Source: an uncultured Armatimonadia bacterium
GTDB taxonomy: Bacteria > Armatimonadota > Zipacnadia > CAVVLO01
Assembly (NCBI GenBank): GCA_963749155.1
Contig: CAVVLO010000001.1
Location: 864,001-928,000, forward strand
Direction: 5' to 3'
DNA: 64,000 bases
In this document: in pieces, positions 1 to 12,879 of the stretch
Layout: each line of letters begins with the position of its first letter
Position numbering within the stretch: the first letter of the stretch is position 1
Program-made: the position numbers and the translations under genes
Notes under the pieces: generated by a model
Seen by the model: the letters and a program-made list of their open reading frames with translations, nothing else
What the model was told of the DNA's origin: nothing
Databases searched by the model: none

Positions 1-1
1 C

Positions 2-190
2 GCTGCAAGCGATGCGCACTGGCGAGAGATCGTCGGTTACCACGTGATAGAGACGGAGACTCAGATACCGGATATGTCAGAATTGATGCGTGTCATCAGG
101 ACTGGCGACTTCCAACCTCGGCCGTTTTATCAACTGGAGCTAGATATGCCCTGGGATTTGGAAAGGGCTTTGAATCCCCTGAGCGAATAA
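2..190 (+). CDS. 3' end of probable PHP-domain phosphoesterase (partial)
   Basis: Frame 2 is open from the window edge: AASDAHWREIVGYHVIETETQ...NPLSE*. SDAH resembles the C-terminal PHP motif. Confidence 0.45.
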   Translation, partial: AASDAHWREIVGYHVIETETQIPDMSELMRVIRTGDFQPRPFYQLELDMPWDLERALNPLSE

Positions 191-227
191 AGGTCGGCTA
201 CAGCAGGCCATCAGAAAGGAGCAAACG

Positions 228-2913
228 ATGAGCAAGAAATATGAGGGTTACGTGATCTCCCACACCCACTGGGATCGCGAGTGGTATCGCACTTTTGAAA
301 GTTACAGGCACGCGCTAATTGACACCTTCGACCTGTTGCTGCACATCCTCGATACTGACCCGGAGTACAAGCATTTCTGCACTGACGGGCAGACCATCGT
401 GCTGGAAGATTACTTCCAGATTCGTCCCGAGATGAAGGAGAAGTTCCAGCAGTATTGCCTGGAGGGCAGGATCGCCGTTGGGCCCTGGTACATAATGCCT
501 GACGAGTTCTTGACCGATGGGGAGAGCATCATCCGCAACTTCGCACTCGGTTTCGACATCGCCAAGGATTACGGCGGGCCGATGATGACAGGCTATGTCT
601 GCGACTGCTTTGGGCATATCTCGCAGTTTCCCCAGTTGCTGCAGGGCTTCGGCATCGACAATGCATACAGCGCCCGGGGCGTTGGAGAACGGCCAGGGCA
701 GGAAAAACTGGAGTTTGAATGGGCTTCCCCCGATGGCAGCAAGGTGTTGTTCATCCACCAGCTTTACAACTACAGCAACGCGGCGGGGCTGGGCTATCCC
801 TGGATCCACCATATGAGCCTGCACTACGATGCGGATGGCCAGGTCCAGTTCAGTATGGAAGAAGCCTTCAAGCGCGTGAATCGCGAGACGGCCAAGATGC
901 TGCCGATGGCAAGCACCAAGGCGTTGCGTTTCGACAACGGCTGCGACCATATGCCCCCTCAGCCGGAGCTGTCGTCAGTTATCAAGGCTGTAAACGCCGA
1001 TCCGGAAATGGACTGTGAGCTCTGCCATGTGACCTGGCCCGAATATGTGAATCGGGTGCGCGCGCTTTCCGATGGCTTCGATGTCTACGAGGGAGAGATG
1101 CGCGACTCGAAGTATATCGGCATCCTGAACTCGGTCTTCTCGAGCCATATGGAGCTAAAGATCGAGAACGAGCGGACCGAGGTGGCGCTTGAGCGCGTAA
1201 GCGAGCCGGCAGCCAGTTTTGCCTGGCTTTTTGGAGCGAGCTATCCGCATGGCTTCTTCCGCCACGCGTGGAGACTGCTGCTGATGAACCACCCGCATGA
1301 TTCTATCTGTGGCTGCAGCATCGACCAGGTACATCGCGAGATGATGCCTCGTTTCCAGCGCGCTCAGCAGGTCTCGGTCGAAGTTGGCAAGAGGGCGGCA
1401 ACCCAGCTTGGACAGGAAATCAACACCGCTGCGGCTCCGAAAGGGTATGCAAGATTCGCGCTGGCTTCCGTTGGTGGTCGTGAATCCGCTCAATGCTCAG
1501 CGCGGGCAGGAAATCAACTTCAATGCAGACTGGGAGTTGGCTGAGGGAGAGGAGCCGACTCGCCAGTTCAAGCTCGTGGATGAAGCAGGTCGCGAGCAAC
1601 TGACCGAACTCAACGTGAGCGATCCGGCCCCGCGCGTTACGACCGGTCCTCCGAACGAGGGCGCTGTTGAAGTCTATCGAGCCCAGGCGGTATGGGGCTC
1701 CTTCCTGGCAGAAGACTTGCCGGAGCTTGGTTACAAGACTTTCTACCTGGTACCAGGCACCCCCGAGGCTACCGAGACAGATGTCTGGGCTGGCAACGAC
1801 TGGATTGAGAACGCCTGGTTCAAGGTCACTGCGAAATCGGATGGGACACTCGAGGTCTTCGACAAGTATGCCAAGGCCACTTACAGCGACCTGCTGGTGT
1901 TCGAGCATTCTTCCGACAGGGGAGATGGCTATTACTACGCGGGAGTGCCGGATGCACCTGTCAGGATATTCGATTCGCTGGCCGTTGATGTACTGACTCG
2001 CAAGCCGCAGCCTTACAAGGCCACGCTTGAGCTTACCAGCAGCCTGGCTGTGCCCGCGGGACTGACCCCTGACTTCAGTAAACAGACCGAAGAACTGGTC
2101 GAGGTGCCGATGAAGGTAGAGGTCAGCCTGTGCGCAGAACGGCCGCGCATCGAGGTCAAGCTCTCTCTCGACAACTGCGCGAAGAACTGGCGGTTGCGCG
2201 CGCTACTGCCAACCGGGCTGAAAAGCGATACGGTCACTACAGAACAGGCCTTCGATCTTACCGAACGGGTAATCGGCTTGCCTGAGGCCGAAGGCTGGAT
2301 CGAGCCGCCGGTGCCCTGGCAGCCCTTCCAGAACTTCGTTGATATCTCGGCGGAGGGGCGCGGGCTGGCTGTAGCGACGAAGGGCATCCGCGAGTATGAG
2401 GCTATCAAGAACGCCGATGGCACAGTCACGCTGGCACTGTCGGTCTTCCGCGCTGTTTACGGCTTTGGCGGACTGACGGCTCCCGATGCGCAGATGCAGG
2501 GCAAGCTGGAGTTCGAGTTCGCTCTGATGCCCCACACGGGAGACGCCCTGGAAGGCGGCGTATGGGCCAAGACCCAGAGTTACCGCACTCCCGCGCTGGT
2601 AACGGCCGCAAAAGTTCAGGAGGGCGCCCTGGCGCCCTCGGGCAGCCTGCTCCTTGTCTCGCCCGAGACACTCGCCGTCAGCGCAGTCAAAGTTGCCGAC
2701 CGGGAGGACGCCCTGGTTGTGCGCGCCTTCAACCTGGCCAAGCAGCCCGTTAAGGGTACCCTCTGGAGCCACAAGCCAGTGAAGCGCGCGACCGTGACCG
2801 ACCTGTATGAGCGAGAGCTTATGTGTGGTGAGCTAGCCCTTTCCGAGGAGGGCCACACTATCCAGCTGGAGGCAGGACCTGCCCAGATTGTGACTGTGAA
2901 GCTGGAGTTCTAG
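228..2913 (+). CDS. GH38 alpha-mannosidase / mannosylglycerate hydrolase-like (frameshift near 1440)
   Basis: SHTHWDREWY, DGQT, GPWYIMPDEFL, DCFGH and HDSICGCSIDQV motifs in 228..1544. C-terminal beta domains continue in 1384..2913. AAAGGAG RBS. Confidence 0.9.
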
Positions 2914-2943
2914 ACGCTTCGACCGACAGTCAACCAACACCTG

Positions 2944-2976
2944 GCCCGGTCATCTTTGGATGGCCGGGCTTCTTTT
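2944..2976 (+). terminator. Rho-independent terminator
   Basis: GCCCGGTCATC-TTTG-GATGGCCGGGC followed by TTCTTTT, after the GH38 stop. Confidence 0.8.
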
Positions 2977-3045
2977 GGGGCAGGCTTTTCTGCACTTCAG
3001 GCGAAGGAAACGCCATCCAAAGCGTTTCGCAAAAAGGTGATGGCG

Positions 3046-6000
3046 ATGGCCCCAGTCGGATTGGTTGCGCTCTGCCTGCTGGTTCTGCTTGCTGGATGTT
3101 CCTTTGGGCAGCCGCGTGTTCTCTTGCGCTACGAGCTGCCGGAGCAACCTCAGGCCAGGATCCCCCAGTCACTGCCATGTGAACGAGCCGCGCTGCTCGA
3201 GCTTGCGGGCCTGCCTGCTGGCACCGAACTAACGATGATGGCCGAGACCGAAGCAGGCGGATGGGAGCCTGTGCCGACCGCCTGGCCAGGCGAGGGCAGC
3301 GAGCAGTCGCACCTGGCCTGGTTGGCGGTACCTGGCGCGGCCCAATATGCGCTGTTTGAAGGGGCATCGCCGCAAAAATCCTCTCCAATCCTTGTTGATG
3401 AGAGCCCAGAAGGGCTGGTGGTTGACACGGGCGAGCGCAAGTTGCGCTTCGATAAAGCGCATGGTGGACTGCCGACCCAGATTGAGCTTGGGGGCAGTTT
3501 TACCTTTGAGCAGCTGTTCTACGACAGGCTGTATCAGTCAGGTGTGGGCGGCTTTGAGCTGGCTAACGACAAGCAAGCCGAAGTTCACTGCGAGCTTGAT
3601 CCTGCAGGCCAGTGGGCTTTTGTCAGCGCCACTGCGCGTTACTCGGATGGAGCGGGCACGCCTGCCCCAGGTGGAGCCAAGGCCACCTACAACTGGCTGT
3701 TCTGGGCTGGCTCGCCCTTCATCACGGTGGAAGCAACCATCACCCAGCAGGGCCTCGAGCGCTGGAGCGAACTGCACTTCCTGCAGCTTCATCGGATGGA
3801 TAACACTTTTCCAAAATACCTGACCGGTCTACCGCTACAAGACCTGGCTTTCGAGGACAAAGGAAAAACTTCGGGCTCCTCGCATTTGGCGTTGATGCAT
3901 AACGACCAGTGGGCGATTGGCTTGTTGCCGCCTGCCGGAGAGCTTCGCGTCCATGATGGGCTTGGAGAGTATGGCCGTTATGTGCACGGGCCGTGGGTAA
4001 GCCTGGAAGGGCCACGCAGACACTTCACAGCGACTTTATATGTCGGCGCTATTGCCTTCAACTGAGGAAGTGGCGGTTTGGGCGAACTCGCTTGCCATCG
4101 GCGCAGGCAGCCTTAGGGTACCTCTGCTCGAGGAGGCCGTCACCCAGGCAAGGGCGGCGCTGGAACAGGCCGAGGCAGAGCTTTCAAACGGGGCTTCGGA
4201 AGCACGCAGGCAGCAGCTTGTGGTGCTGACTAATATCGGCAAGTGGCGCGTAAGGCGGCTTGCGACGCAGGCCACACCGCTTGGTGAGGGGCTGCAACCT
4301 TCGCTTGCCGAACTCGGCCAGATGGCCACCTGGTATCGCGCGCAGGCTGAACGACTGGCGGCCAGTCAGGGCGCAGAGGTGCTGGCCGATGGGCAATGCT
4401 TCCCCGGAAATAACCGTGCTGGCCAATAGCCAGAGTGTCTTCGCGGTTGAAGAAAAGGATTCAAGCCTGCGCCTGGTAGGGCTTTACCGACCTGCCGAGG
4501 ATGTGGATTTCGCCTCGATTGAAGGCTGCCAGCGGCTGTTCACAATCACCACGCGCGATGAAGAGGGTATGCAGACCCTCTTCTCGGCTTCCGGCGCAAA
4601 CAAAGCCAGGTGTGAAACAACAGAGAAGGGCCTGCGGCTGACCTTCAGTGGTTTCTCGGCGCGCGAGATGCCCTTCGGCGCCGAGGTTGTGATTACTGCA
4701 CAGCTTGCCCCTGGCGAGGCAGTCGCTCGCTGGAAGCTGGGAGTGGAGCTTTCCGAGCCTGGGCAGACGCTGTGGTTTATCCGCTTCCCAGAGCTGGATG
4801 GCCTGCGAGCTTCGAACGCGGGGCCCGAGTCGTATGTGCTGGTACCCGAAGGCTGGGGCCGGATTATGCCCAAGTATTCTGAGTGGGAGGGCTATGAGGG
4901 CCGCTATCCAAGTCACGCTTGCGCGGTGCAGCTCGAGGCCTATGTAGCGGGCAAGGGCGGGCCACATCTTTATGTGAGTGACGCAGATGGCGGGGCGCGC
5001 ACCAAGGAGCTTTTCAGCCGGCCTGGCGCCGATGGCACGGTAGAGCTTTCAACCTTGCTTTACCCCGACGATATGGGCCGGGCGCGCAGTTTCGAGTGGC
5101 CGTATGAAACGCTTATTGGCCCCTGTCCTGGCGACTGGTATGACGCGGCGAAGCGCTACAGGGCCTGGGCACTCGAGCAGAAGTGGTGTTCACGCGGGCC
5201 ACTTGCGGCTACCGAAGAGGTGCCAGAGTGGCTCAAAACAACTCCCATCTGGCGCGTTTATGGCAGCGGACCGACAATCGATCAGGCCTCTCTGGCGAGT
5301 GAGATTGCCCTGCGCGAAGCGGTGGGCACGCCCGCTTGCCTGCATTGGTACACCTGGCATCAGATCCCCTTCGATACCGATTATCCGGAGTACTTCCCCG
5401 TGAAGGAGGGCTTTGCGGAAGGCGTCGCACAGCTTCAGGAGGGCGGCTACGGTGTGATGCCTTATATAAATGGCCGGCTTTGGGATGTGGACTCGGCAAG
5501 CTGGAAGGCCGAAGGCGCCGAGCAATATGCCACAAAAGACGAGACAGGGAAGGTCTACATCGAGAATTACGGCTCAGGCCGCGATCTGGCGCCGATGTGC
5601 CCCACGCAAGACTTCTGGGGTGACAAGATAACCGGCATCGTAGAGCGGCTGACGACCGAATACAAGGTGAACGGGGTGTACATAGACCAGGTGGGCGCGG
5701 CGGCACCGACCATCTGCCTGGATCCCTCTCACGGCCATCCCCTGGGGGGCGGTGACTGGTGGGTCGCAGGCTACCGCAGGTGGTTGTTGGCCTTGCGCCG
5801 AGAGCTCAAGCAACGCGCTCCGGAGAAATTCCTCACCACCGAGTCCAACGCAGAACCTTACATCGACTGCTTCGATGCCTATCTGATGTGCAACAGCACG
5901 CGCAGCAATCTGGTACCGCTCTTCAGTACCATCTACAACGACTATATCCTGACCTTCGGGCGCTATTTCAATGATCCACATGACCGGCGGTCTTCGCGAC

Positions 6001-6463
6001 GCAGTGGGGGCAGCTCTTCTCCTTTGGCTCGCAACTTGGCTGGTTCAGCGGGGCTGTTGCAAACGACGACCTGAAAGATATGCTGGCGCTTGTCTCCTCA
6101 AGTGCAAAGTGTCGCGAAGCCGCCTGGCGCTGGATGGCGGTTGGCGAGAAGCTGCGCGATCCGGAGTTCGAGCGTATACCCAAGGCTACCACCTCGGCCG
6201 AGTGGACGATTTGGGGCGCGAAGTATCCAGTAGAGTTTGACAGCGTGATGGGCTCGGCCTGGCGTTCGCCGGAAGGGACACTTGGTTATGCCTTCATCAA
6301 TATCACATCGGACGAGGCCCAGCTACAGGTGCCAGCGCCGGATGGAATTACTACTCCGCGTCTGTGGCAGGGCGGGGAATGGAAGCTCGCCGAGGTAACA
6401 AGCGGCGCCCTTGCGGTCACGATGCCAGCTTATACCTCTTGTTTCATTGCCTTTGGTGAGTGA
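3046..6463 (+). CDS. Large lipoprotein with DUF6259-like putative glycoside hydrolase barrel (frameshifts near 4045, 4405, 5985)
   Basis: Lipobox LLAGC. Fragments 2956..4065, 4040..4429, 4260..6074 and 6080..6463 join by single-base shifts (e.g. PAVFATQWGQLFSFGSQLGW is restored near 5985). Motifs HWYTWHQIPFDTDYPEYFP, PYINGRLWD, GVYIDQV, TESNAEPY. Confidence 0.65.
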
Positions 6464-6478
6464 GTCTGGGAGGACCTT

Positions 6479-9400
6479 ATGCGTTATCTTGCGCTGCTTG
6501 GCTTGCTGATTGGCGGGCTCGTTTTGCCTGGTCTGGCACTTGAAGAGCAGGTCTGCCTGAACGGTGAGTGGCAATTCGCCCCCCAATACGAGGGCGACAG
6601 CCTCCAGTTGCCTGGGGCAAAGGATTTTGACCAGGTGCCAATCCGGGTGCCTTGCCCGTGGAATGTAAATAGCTTCTCGCGGGGAGATGGGGGCGATTTT
6701 GATTGTTACCCCTCCTATCCCGACAAGTGGGAGCAAGCCCGTATCGGCTGGTACCAGCGGCAGTTTCTGGTGCCGGCTGGATGGCGAGGCGACCGGGTGG
6801 TGTTGCGCTTCGAGGCGGTTCATTATTACTGTGAAGTCTATGTCAATGGCCAGAAAGCTGGCGCGCACGAGGGAGGCTTTACCCCTTTTGAACTCGATAT
6901 AACTGCCCTGGTGGCGCCTGGACTGGTTGCTACAGTAAGTGTCGGTGTGATGGAGATGCGCTTCTTCAACGAACAGGGGCGCGCGCCATATCCGTGGGGC
7001 TCTTTCTGGGGCGAACACGCGCGGGGTATATGGCAGGATGTCTGGCTGCTCAGGCGTCCTCAGGTGGCGGTCGAGGACGTCTATCTCATCACCTCTACGC
7101 GTAAGGGCACGATTGAACTGCGCCCAACTGTGAACAACAACACCGAGACAGCTTTCACAGGGCAGTTTCGCTACACTGTCCGGGACTGGCCAGAGGGAGA
7201 AGTAATACATCAGTGGACAGCGCCAGCCCAGCTCTCACCTGGCCTTCAGCAATTGCCTGCGCTCTCTGAAGCCTGGCCTGACGCCCAGTGGTGGTCACCT
7301 GAAGATCCGCATCTCTACCTGCTGACGGCCGAACTGCTGAGCGGAGATCAACTAGTCTCGCACAAGGAGGTCAGATTTGGTTTCCGCGAGGTGTGGCTTT
7401 CGGACGGCGATTTCTTCCTCAACGGTATCCGGCGGAAGTTTCTCGGGGATGCCTGGCACTATATGGGGGTGGCCGAACAGAGCCCCGAATATGCGCGGCT
7501 ATGGTACAAGGCCGCAAAGCAGCAAGGGGTTAACTTCATCCGCTTGCATGCGATGGTATATCCTCCTTCTTCCTGGACGTGGCGGACGAGGTGGGTATGC
7601 TTATTTGTGATGAGAGCTGCATCTGGGCTTCGGCATGCAATTTCCTTTACAACGACGCCTTCTTCGAGCGAAGCAGGCAACACCTGGAAGACTTCGTGAA
7701 GCGCGATCGCAACCATCCGTGCATCGTGGACTGGAGTGTCGAAAACGAGGTGCTGGCCGCGCACGGGGTTTCTGGCACGGCCGACGGTGCCCCTGATTTT
7801 GACTGGCTGGCCCAGAAGATGGCCGAACTGGCTGACTGGATGCGCCAGTTCGATGCCACGCGGCCCATCAGTGCGGATGGCGATGGTGATCTCTACGGGC
7901 GGATGGAGACCTATTCCCTCCATTATCCGGGGCCAGGAGATCCTGGAATCGAAGGCAAGCCAACACTGATTGGCGAAAGCTCGAGCCTTTTCTACACCTG
8001 GCCAAGTGAAGAATGGCACCTGGGCGGCGACAGGGTCTATGAATCCGTGGACGGGCACCTCTCGGCTATTGCTGAGGAATATGGCTACACACTGCAGCAA
8101 TATCGCAGGTGGGCCGACCTGGTCACACCTTTTAACCTGGTGTGGTATGGGCTTCGACCACTCCCACTAGCTGGAAAACCAATAACTTATGAGAGGCTGG
8201 ATACGCCTGGGATGAAGCCTGAGCGCATCGGGCCGTATTCCATCACCTTGAACGCCGGTTATGATCCGGCGCTGCCCGAGTGGCAGCTGAATCCGTTTGG
8301 CAAGTGTATCGGTAGCAGTTTCCATCACCAGCAGGTGTTTGTGGAGGAGCGCGATACGCGGTTCTATTCGGGCGAAGAGGTAGAGCGCACGCTACGCGTG
8401 CAGAACGACGTCGCGCACACTGCCAATCTGACCCTCTCCTGGCGGCTGATGCAGGGGCTGGATCGGCTGGCGGGTGAGACCCTCGAGCTAGAGCTCGAAC
8501 CTGCTGAGCAGCGCGAGCTGAAGGTGCGACTGCCGATGCCGGACCTGCCGGCCCGGACGCCTCTCTCCTTCGAGCTGAAGCTGCTGGACGCGGGGCAGCT
8601 CGTTTATGAGCAGAGCATCCACTATGACGTGTTCCCGCGCTTTGCCCAGTTTGCCGCGACTCTTGCAGGCAAGTCCTTTGATGTGCTGGCCTCATCAGAT
8701 TCGGTACTGGAGCTGCCAGTGCTGCAAGCCCTTCAGTCCGCTGGTGTGAAATTGAATAGAGTTGGCAGTCCCTGGCAATCCAGGCAAGTGTTGATTGTGC
8801 CGCCTGGACAGGGCGGTCGTGGCAACGAGGACCTGGCCCGGTGGCTTAACGAGGGTGGCCGGGCCTTGATTCTGGAAGGTAATCTGCTTTCGCTGCCCGA
8901 GTTTGCCCCTGGCGCTGGGCTGGAGTTGCAGTCGAACCTGGGCCTGGGCGCAGCGGGGCCTTCCACTGCAGGCGCGGAAGTGCGCGCTTTCCCGGCGCAA
9001 GGGACGAATCCGGTGCTGAGTGATACCTTCCCCGATGACCTGAAGTTCTGGCGCGGTCTCAAGGACCAAAACGTCTGCCGCGAAGGCTGGGCGCGCGTGG
9101 TACCTGGAGCTACACCTTTGGCGGTCTACAACCAGGGCAACCCGTGCTTGCTCGAAATACCACGAAAGGATGGGTTGGCAATCGCTTCGAGCCTGCTGCT
9201 CGCAGAAAAGGCCTTGTCCGAGCCTGCCGCTGGCCTGCTGCTCGTGAAGGCGCTGGCGCATCTTGGGGGCGCGCCGCGGCCCAATTGGGGACGGACAGTC
9301 GTGCTGACAGGGTCAGATGACTTCTGGCTGCGTCTTCGCACCCTTGGCGTAATTGCCAATCGCCAGTCGAAGCCGACTGCCGCCAGCCTGGACAATTGCA

Positions 9401-10915
9401 CCTGCGCCCTGGTTCAGGCTGAGGAACTCGGCTCAACTGCGGCGCCACTCCCGGAGCTAGCTGCCTGGATTAGGGCAGGTGGGCAACTGCTTGTGCTTGG
9501 CGCCTCACCTTCGGAGCAACCGGCCCTTGCCCAATTGACTGGGAGCAAGGTCGAGCTAGCTCCCCACAAGTGGTTTGAAGCCTTAATTGGCGAGCAGGAT
9601 CCACTCACCGCGGGCCTGTCAGGTGATGACCTGTTCTGGCTGGAAAAGGCTGGAGAGCGTAATCTGGTGTCCAATTGGGTGATACTGGAAGGCGCTAAAG
9701 AGCTGATTGTGACTAATCCTCTTGACTGGCGCAGGCGTTGTCTTCGCGGCGAGAACACCAAGACCAGTGCCATCGCGCGCGCAGAGGTTGAACCTCAGCC
9801 CAGGCTGCCAGTGCTGGCAGCGCTGGAGTTAGGCAAGGGCCGGCTGGTAGTCGACCAGATCGCTCTGGCGCCTGATTATGACAAGTCGCGCAAGGTGTTC
9901 TTGACTTTGCTGAGCAATTTGGGAGTATTGGTTAATCCAACACCGAGCCTGACCGACGCCGAACTTGCCGCCCTGTCAGTGGACGAATCCGGTTATGTGC
10001 GCTCGTGGCTGGTGGGTGGCCCCTTTGGCGGGGGTGTTGAGACTTTATCTACAGAGTTGCTCGAAAGCGAACCCTATGTCTATCCTATGGAGGGCAGCGT
10101 AAGCGAATGGCCTCTTGTGGCGCAAGATACGCTCTGATGTGCCAGTTCTAAACCTGAAACAGGTCTTTGGCGAGCGTAGCAACAACACAGCCTTCGCCTG
10201 CTTCTATGTCGAGTGCCCTCCGGCGCTTGCGGGTAAGCCTTTCACCTTGAGCCTGGGCAGTGACGATGGGATCCTCGTGCGTGTTAACGGCAAGACCGTC
10301 TGGGTAAATCCTGTGACTCGTCCAGCGATACCCGATCAGGACCGGGTGCCAGGTGTGGAATTCAAGCCTGGCTGGAATCGCGTGATGCTGAAGATTGCCA
10401 ATGGTAGCGGCGAATGGGGCGTTTGCGCTCGCTTTCTGGACGGGGAAGGCAAGCCGGCAAAGGGGCTGCGAATCGTCGCCCAGCGCCCCACAGAAGGCCT
10501 GAGAGAGCTGGAGCCAACTGACTGGACAGCGACTGCCTGGATGCCCACTGGGGTCGAGGCCGCTTTTGATCGCAATCCCTCAACCCGCTGGGCAACTGGC
10601 ATCGGGATGGAGCCGGGAATGTGGTACCAACTGGACCTGGGCACGACTCACACGCTGGCCCGGCTGGTGCTGGACACGGCAGGTTCGGCGAGTGATTATC
10701 CACGCGGGTTAAAGGTTGAGACAAGCCTGGACGGTCAGGAGTGGACCGAATTGCTGACCCTGGCAGAGGGCCAGGCAGGCCCAGTGACGACTGTCAGCTT
10801 CGATCCGGTCACAGCGCGCTTCATAAAACTGACGCAACTAGGGCGAATTGGCAGCTTCTATTGGTCTATCCATGAATTGCGCTTGTATACGACTGCAAGG
10901 AGCTTAGCCAATTGA
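6479..10915 (+). CDS. Secreted GH2 beta-galactosidase/glucuronidase-like enzyme with C-terminal discoidin (F5/8C, CBM32-like) domain (frameshifts near 7565, 10110)
   Basis: Signal peptide; LNGEWQF, HEGGFTPF, GIWQDV, WSPEDPHLY, FGFRE, RNHPCIVDWSVENE. C-terminal AFDRNPSTRW...QLDLG...WSIHEL is discoidin-like. Confidence 0.85.
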
Positions 10916-12879
10916 GAAGCCTTATCCTCCTGATGATGGTGATTTGTATGGGAGCAACCTGGGCTGCTCCGCTGCTTTGCCCCCAGCCCCAGAAGCAGTG
11001 CTGGACAGGCAAGACAGTGTTGCTATCGGGGCCAGTTAGGATTGTTGCTGAAAACCCCGCTGAGGCAAGGAAGTGGGCCCGGGAAGCTGGACTTGCCCTG
11101 ACGGACGCCAGGAAGGCGCCAACCAGCCTGTTGCTGAGACTGGAGCCTGATCAGAAGCTGCTTGGTAAGGAAGGTTACCGGCTTGAGGTCTCCCTCCAGG
11201 AAGGGCGGGTGCTGATTCAGGCGGAGGCTGTGACTGAGACAGGGCTTTTCTATGCCCTGCAAACCTTGCGCCAACTAACTGAGAGACGCGCAGGGGGGCT
11301 GGAGCTTCCCCTGGGAAAGCTGGAGGACTGGCCAGGTCTGGCAGTCCGTGGTATCAAGGGGCAGATGTGGCCGGTCGAGGGCTATTATCCCATCATCGAG
11401 TGGATGCCAAGTGTCAAACTGAACTTCCTGATGACCTGCTACAGCCTGTGGCCCGAGACCTGGTTGGCCTGGCGTAATCCTCTCAGCCAGGAGCAGAAGG
11501 CTCATCTGAAGCGGTTGTCGGAGGAAGGCCGCGCCCGTCACGTCCGCTTGTGCTTTGCCGTGAACCCTTCCATAAACGCTCGGCCGACGCTGGAATACAG
11601 CTCCGAGGCGGAGGTTGACCGGCTATTCTCCAAGTATGCTGATTGCTATGCGGCTGGCATCCGGAGTTTCGCTGTCTGCCTCGACGACATCAGCTTCGAG
11701 ATGGAACACGCTACCGATCGAGCGCGCTACGCCACCCTCGCCGAGGCGCAGGCTGACTTTATGATACGGTTGCTCGAACGTCTCGACACGCTGGAGCCAG
11801 GTCTGGAGGTGCTCTTCTGCCCCACGATCTACTCCACGGCACACGTTACTTCGCCTGAATCGCTGGATTACATCACCACAATCGGCCGGTTGCTGCCTTC
11901 GCGCATAGAAGTGTTTTGGACTGGACCAGGAGTTATATCAGGACCGATCTCTGCACAGGATGCGCGTGCTTTCGGCGACTGGATTGGTCGGAAGCCCTTT
12001 ATCTGGGACAACTATCCAGTAAATGACTATTGCGCCTATCGCCCATGGCTTGCGCCTGTGCAGGGCCGCGCGACTGACCTCCTGGGGGAGCTCAGCGGTT
12101 ACCTGGCCAACCCGATGCGTCAGGCCGAAGCCTCCAAGTTGGCCCTTGGCACAATCGCTGACTACCTGTGGAATCCCACTGGTTACGAACCCGCGCGCTC
12201 GCAGCTAACGGTACTCCGCGCCTACTCTGACGGGAAGGGATATGGCGCACTGAAGCGTTTGGCCCAACTCTATCCGGAATTCCCCGGCCAGCCCTCCTCG
12301 GTTGCGCCCGAGCCGGACCAGCTAGGCGCGCTGATTCGGCGTCTTGCCCGGACTGAGGGGCTCGAGGCGCTCTCGGGCGACCTGGCTCCCTTGCTTGAGG
12401 GTTGGCTTCAGCGGGTGTTGCGCGAACGCTTGGTGAAACAGTGGCAGCCCTCAGGCCAGGCCTTCGAGGGCTGGGAACTGACTGGCGGGGGCATTGATTA
12501 CTTCGGGCCAGGAAAGAACGACGACGCGGGGGCAAACTGGGTCTATGCTGCCTCTACCCCAGCTTGTCGACTGGCAGGCCGGTTCGCCTGCGAGCAGGCC
12601 CCGAAGGGGAACTGGCAACTGGAGCTTCTGGCCAAAGATGACGACTTCGCAATCAGATGCCCTGTGAGTATTACACTCAACGGTACGCGCCTCTTTGAGG
12701 GCACAACCGATGTACCTGACGGCGGCTGGGGTAGTCTGGAAGTGGCAGTCCCAGAAGGGCTTATCTGCGCTGGTATTAACGAACTCGAGATTGAGAACAT
12801 CGCCACCGAGGGCGTGTTGGGGATGCCCCCGTGGTTCATGGTAAAGCGCCTCGAACTGCGTCCAGCCGATGGCCCCTAG
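10912..12879 (+). CDS. GH84 beta-N-acetylglucosaminidase (O-GlcNAcase/hyaluronidase family), secreted
   Basis: Hexosaminidase N-domain (EGYRL...GLFYALQTLRQL...DWP), catalytic LDDI, FWTG, IWDNYPVNDY, NPM. Start overlaps the upstream stop. Confidence 0.85.
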   Translation: MRSLILLMMVICMGATWAAPLLCPQPQKQCWTGKTVLLSGPVRIVAENPAEARKWAREAGLALTDARKAPTSLLLRLEPDQKLLGKEGYRLEVSLQEGRVLIQAEAVTETGLFYALQTLRQLTERRAGGLELPLGKLEDWPGLAVRGIKGQMWPVEGYYPIIEWMPSVKLNFLMTCYSLWPETWLAWRNPLSQEQKAHLKRLSEEGRARHVRLCFAVNPSINARPTLEYSSEAEVDRLFSKYADCYAAGIRSFAVCLDDISFEMEHATDRARYATLAEAQADFMIRLLERLDTLEPGLEVLFCPTIYSTAHVTSPESLDYITTIGRLLPSRIEVFWTGPGVISGPISAQDARAFGDWIGRKPFIWDNYPVNDYCAYRPWLAPVQGRATDLLGELSGYLANPMRQAEASKLALGTIADYLWNPTGYEPARSQLTVLRAYSDGKGYGALKRLAQLYPEFPGQPSSVAPEPDQLGALIRRLARTEGLEALSGDLAPLLEGWLQRVLRERLVKQWQPSGQAFEGWELTGGGIDYFGPGKNDDAGANWVYAASTPACRLAGRFACEQAPKGNWQLELLAKDDDFAIRCPVSITLNGTRLFEGTTDVPDGGWGSLEVAVPEGLICAGINELEIENIATEGVLGMPPWFMVKRLELRPADGP

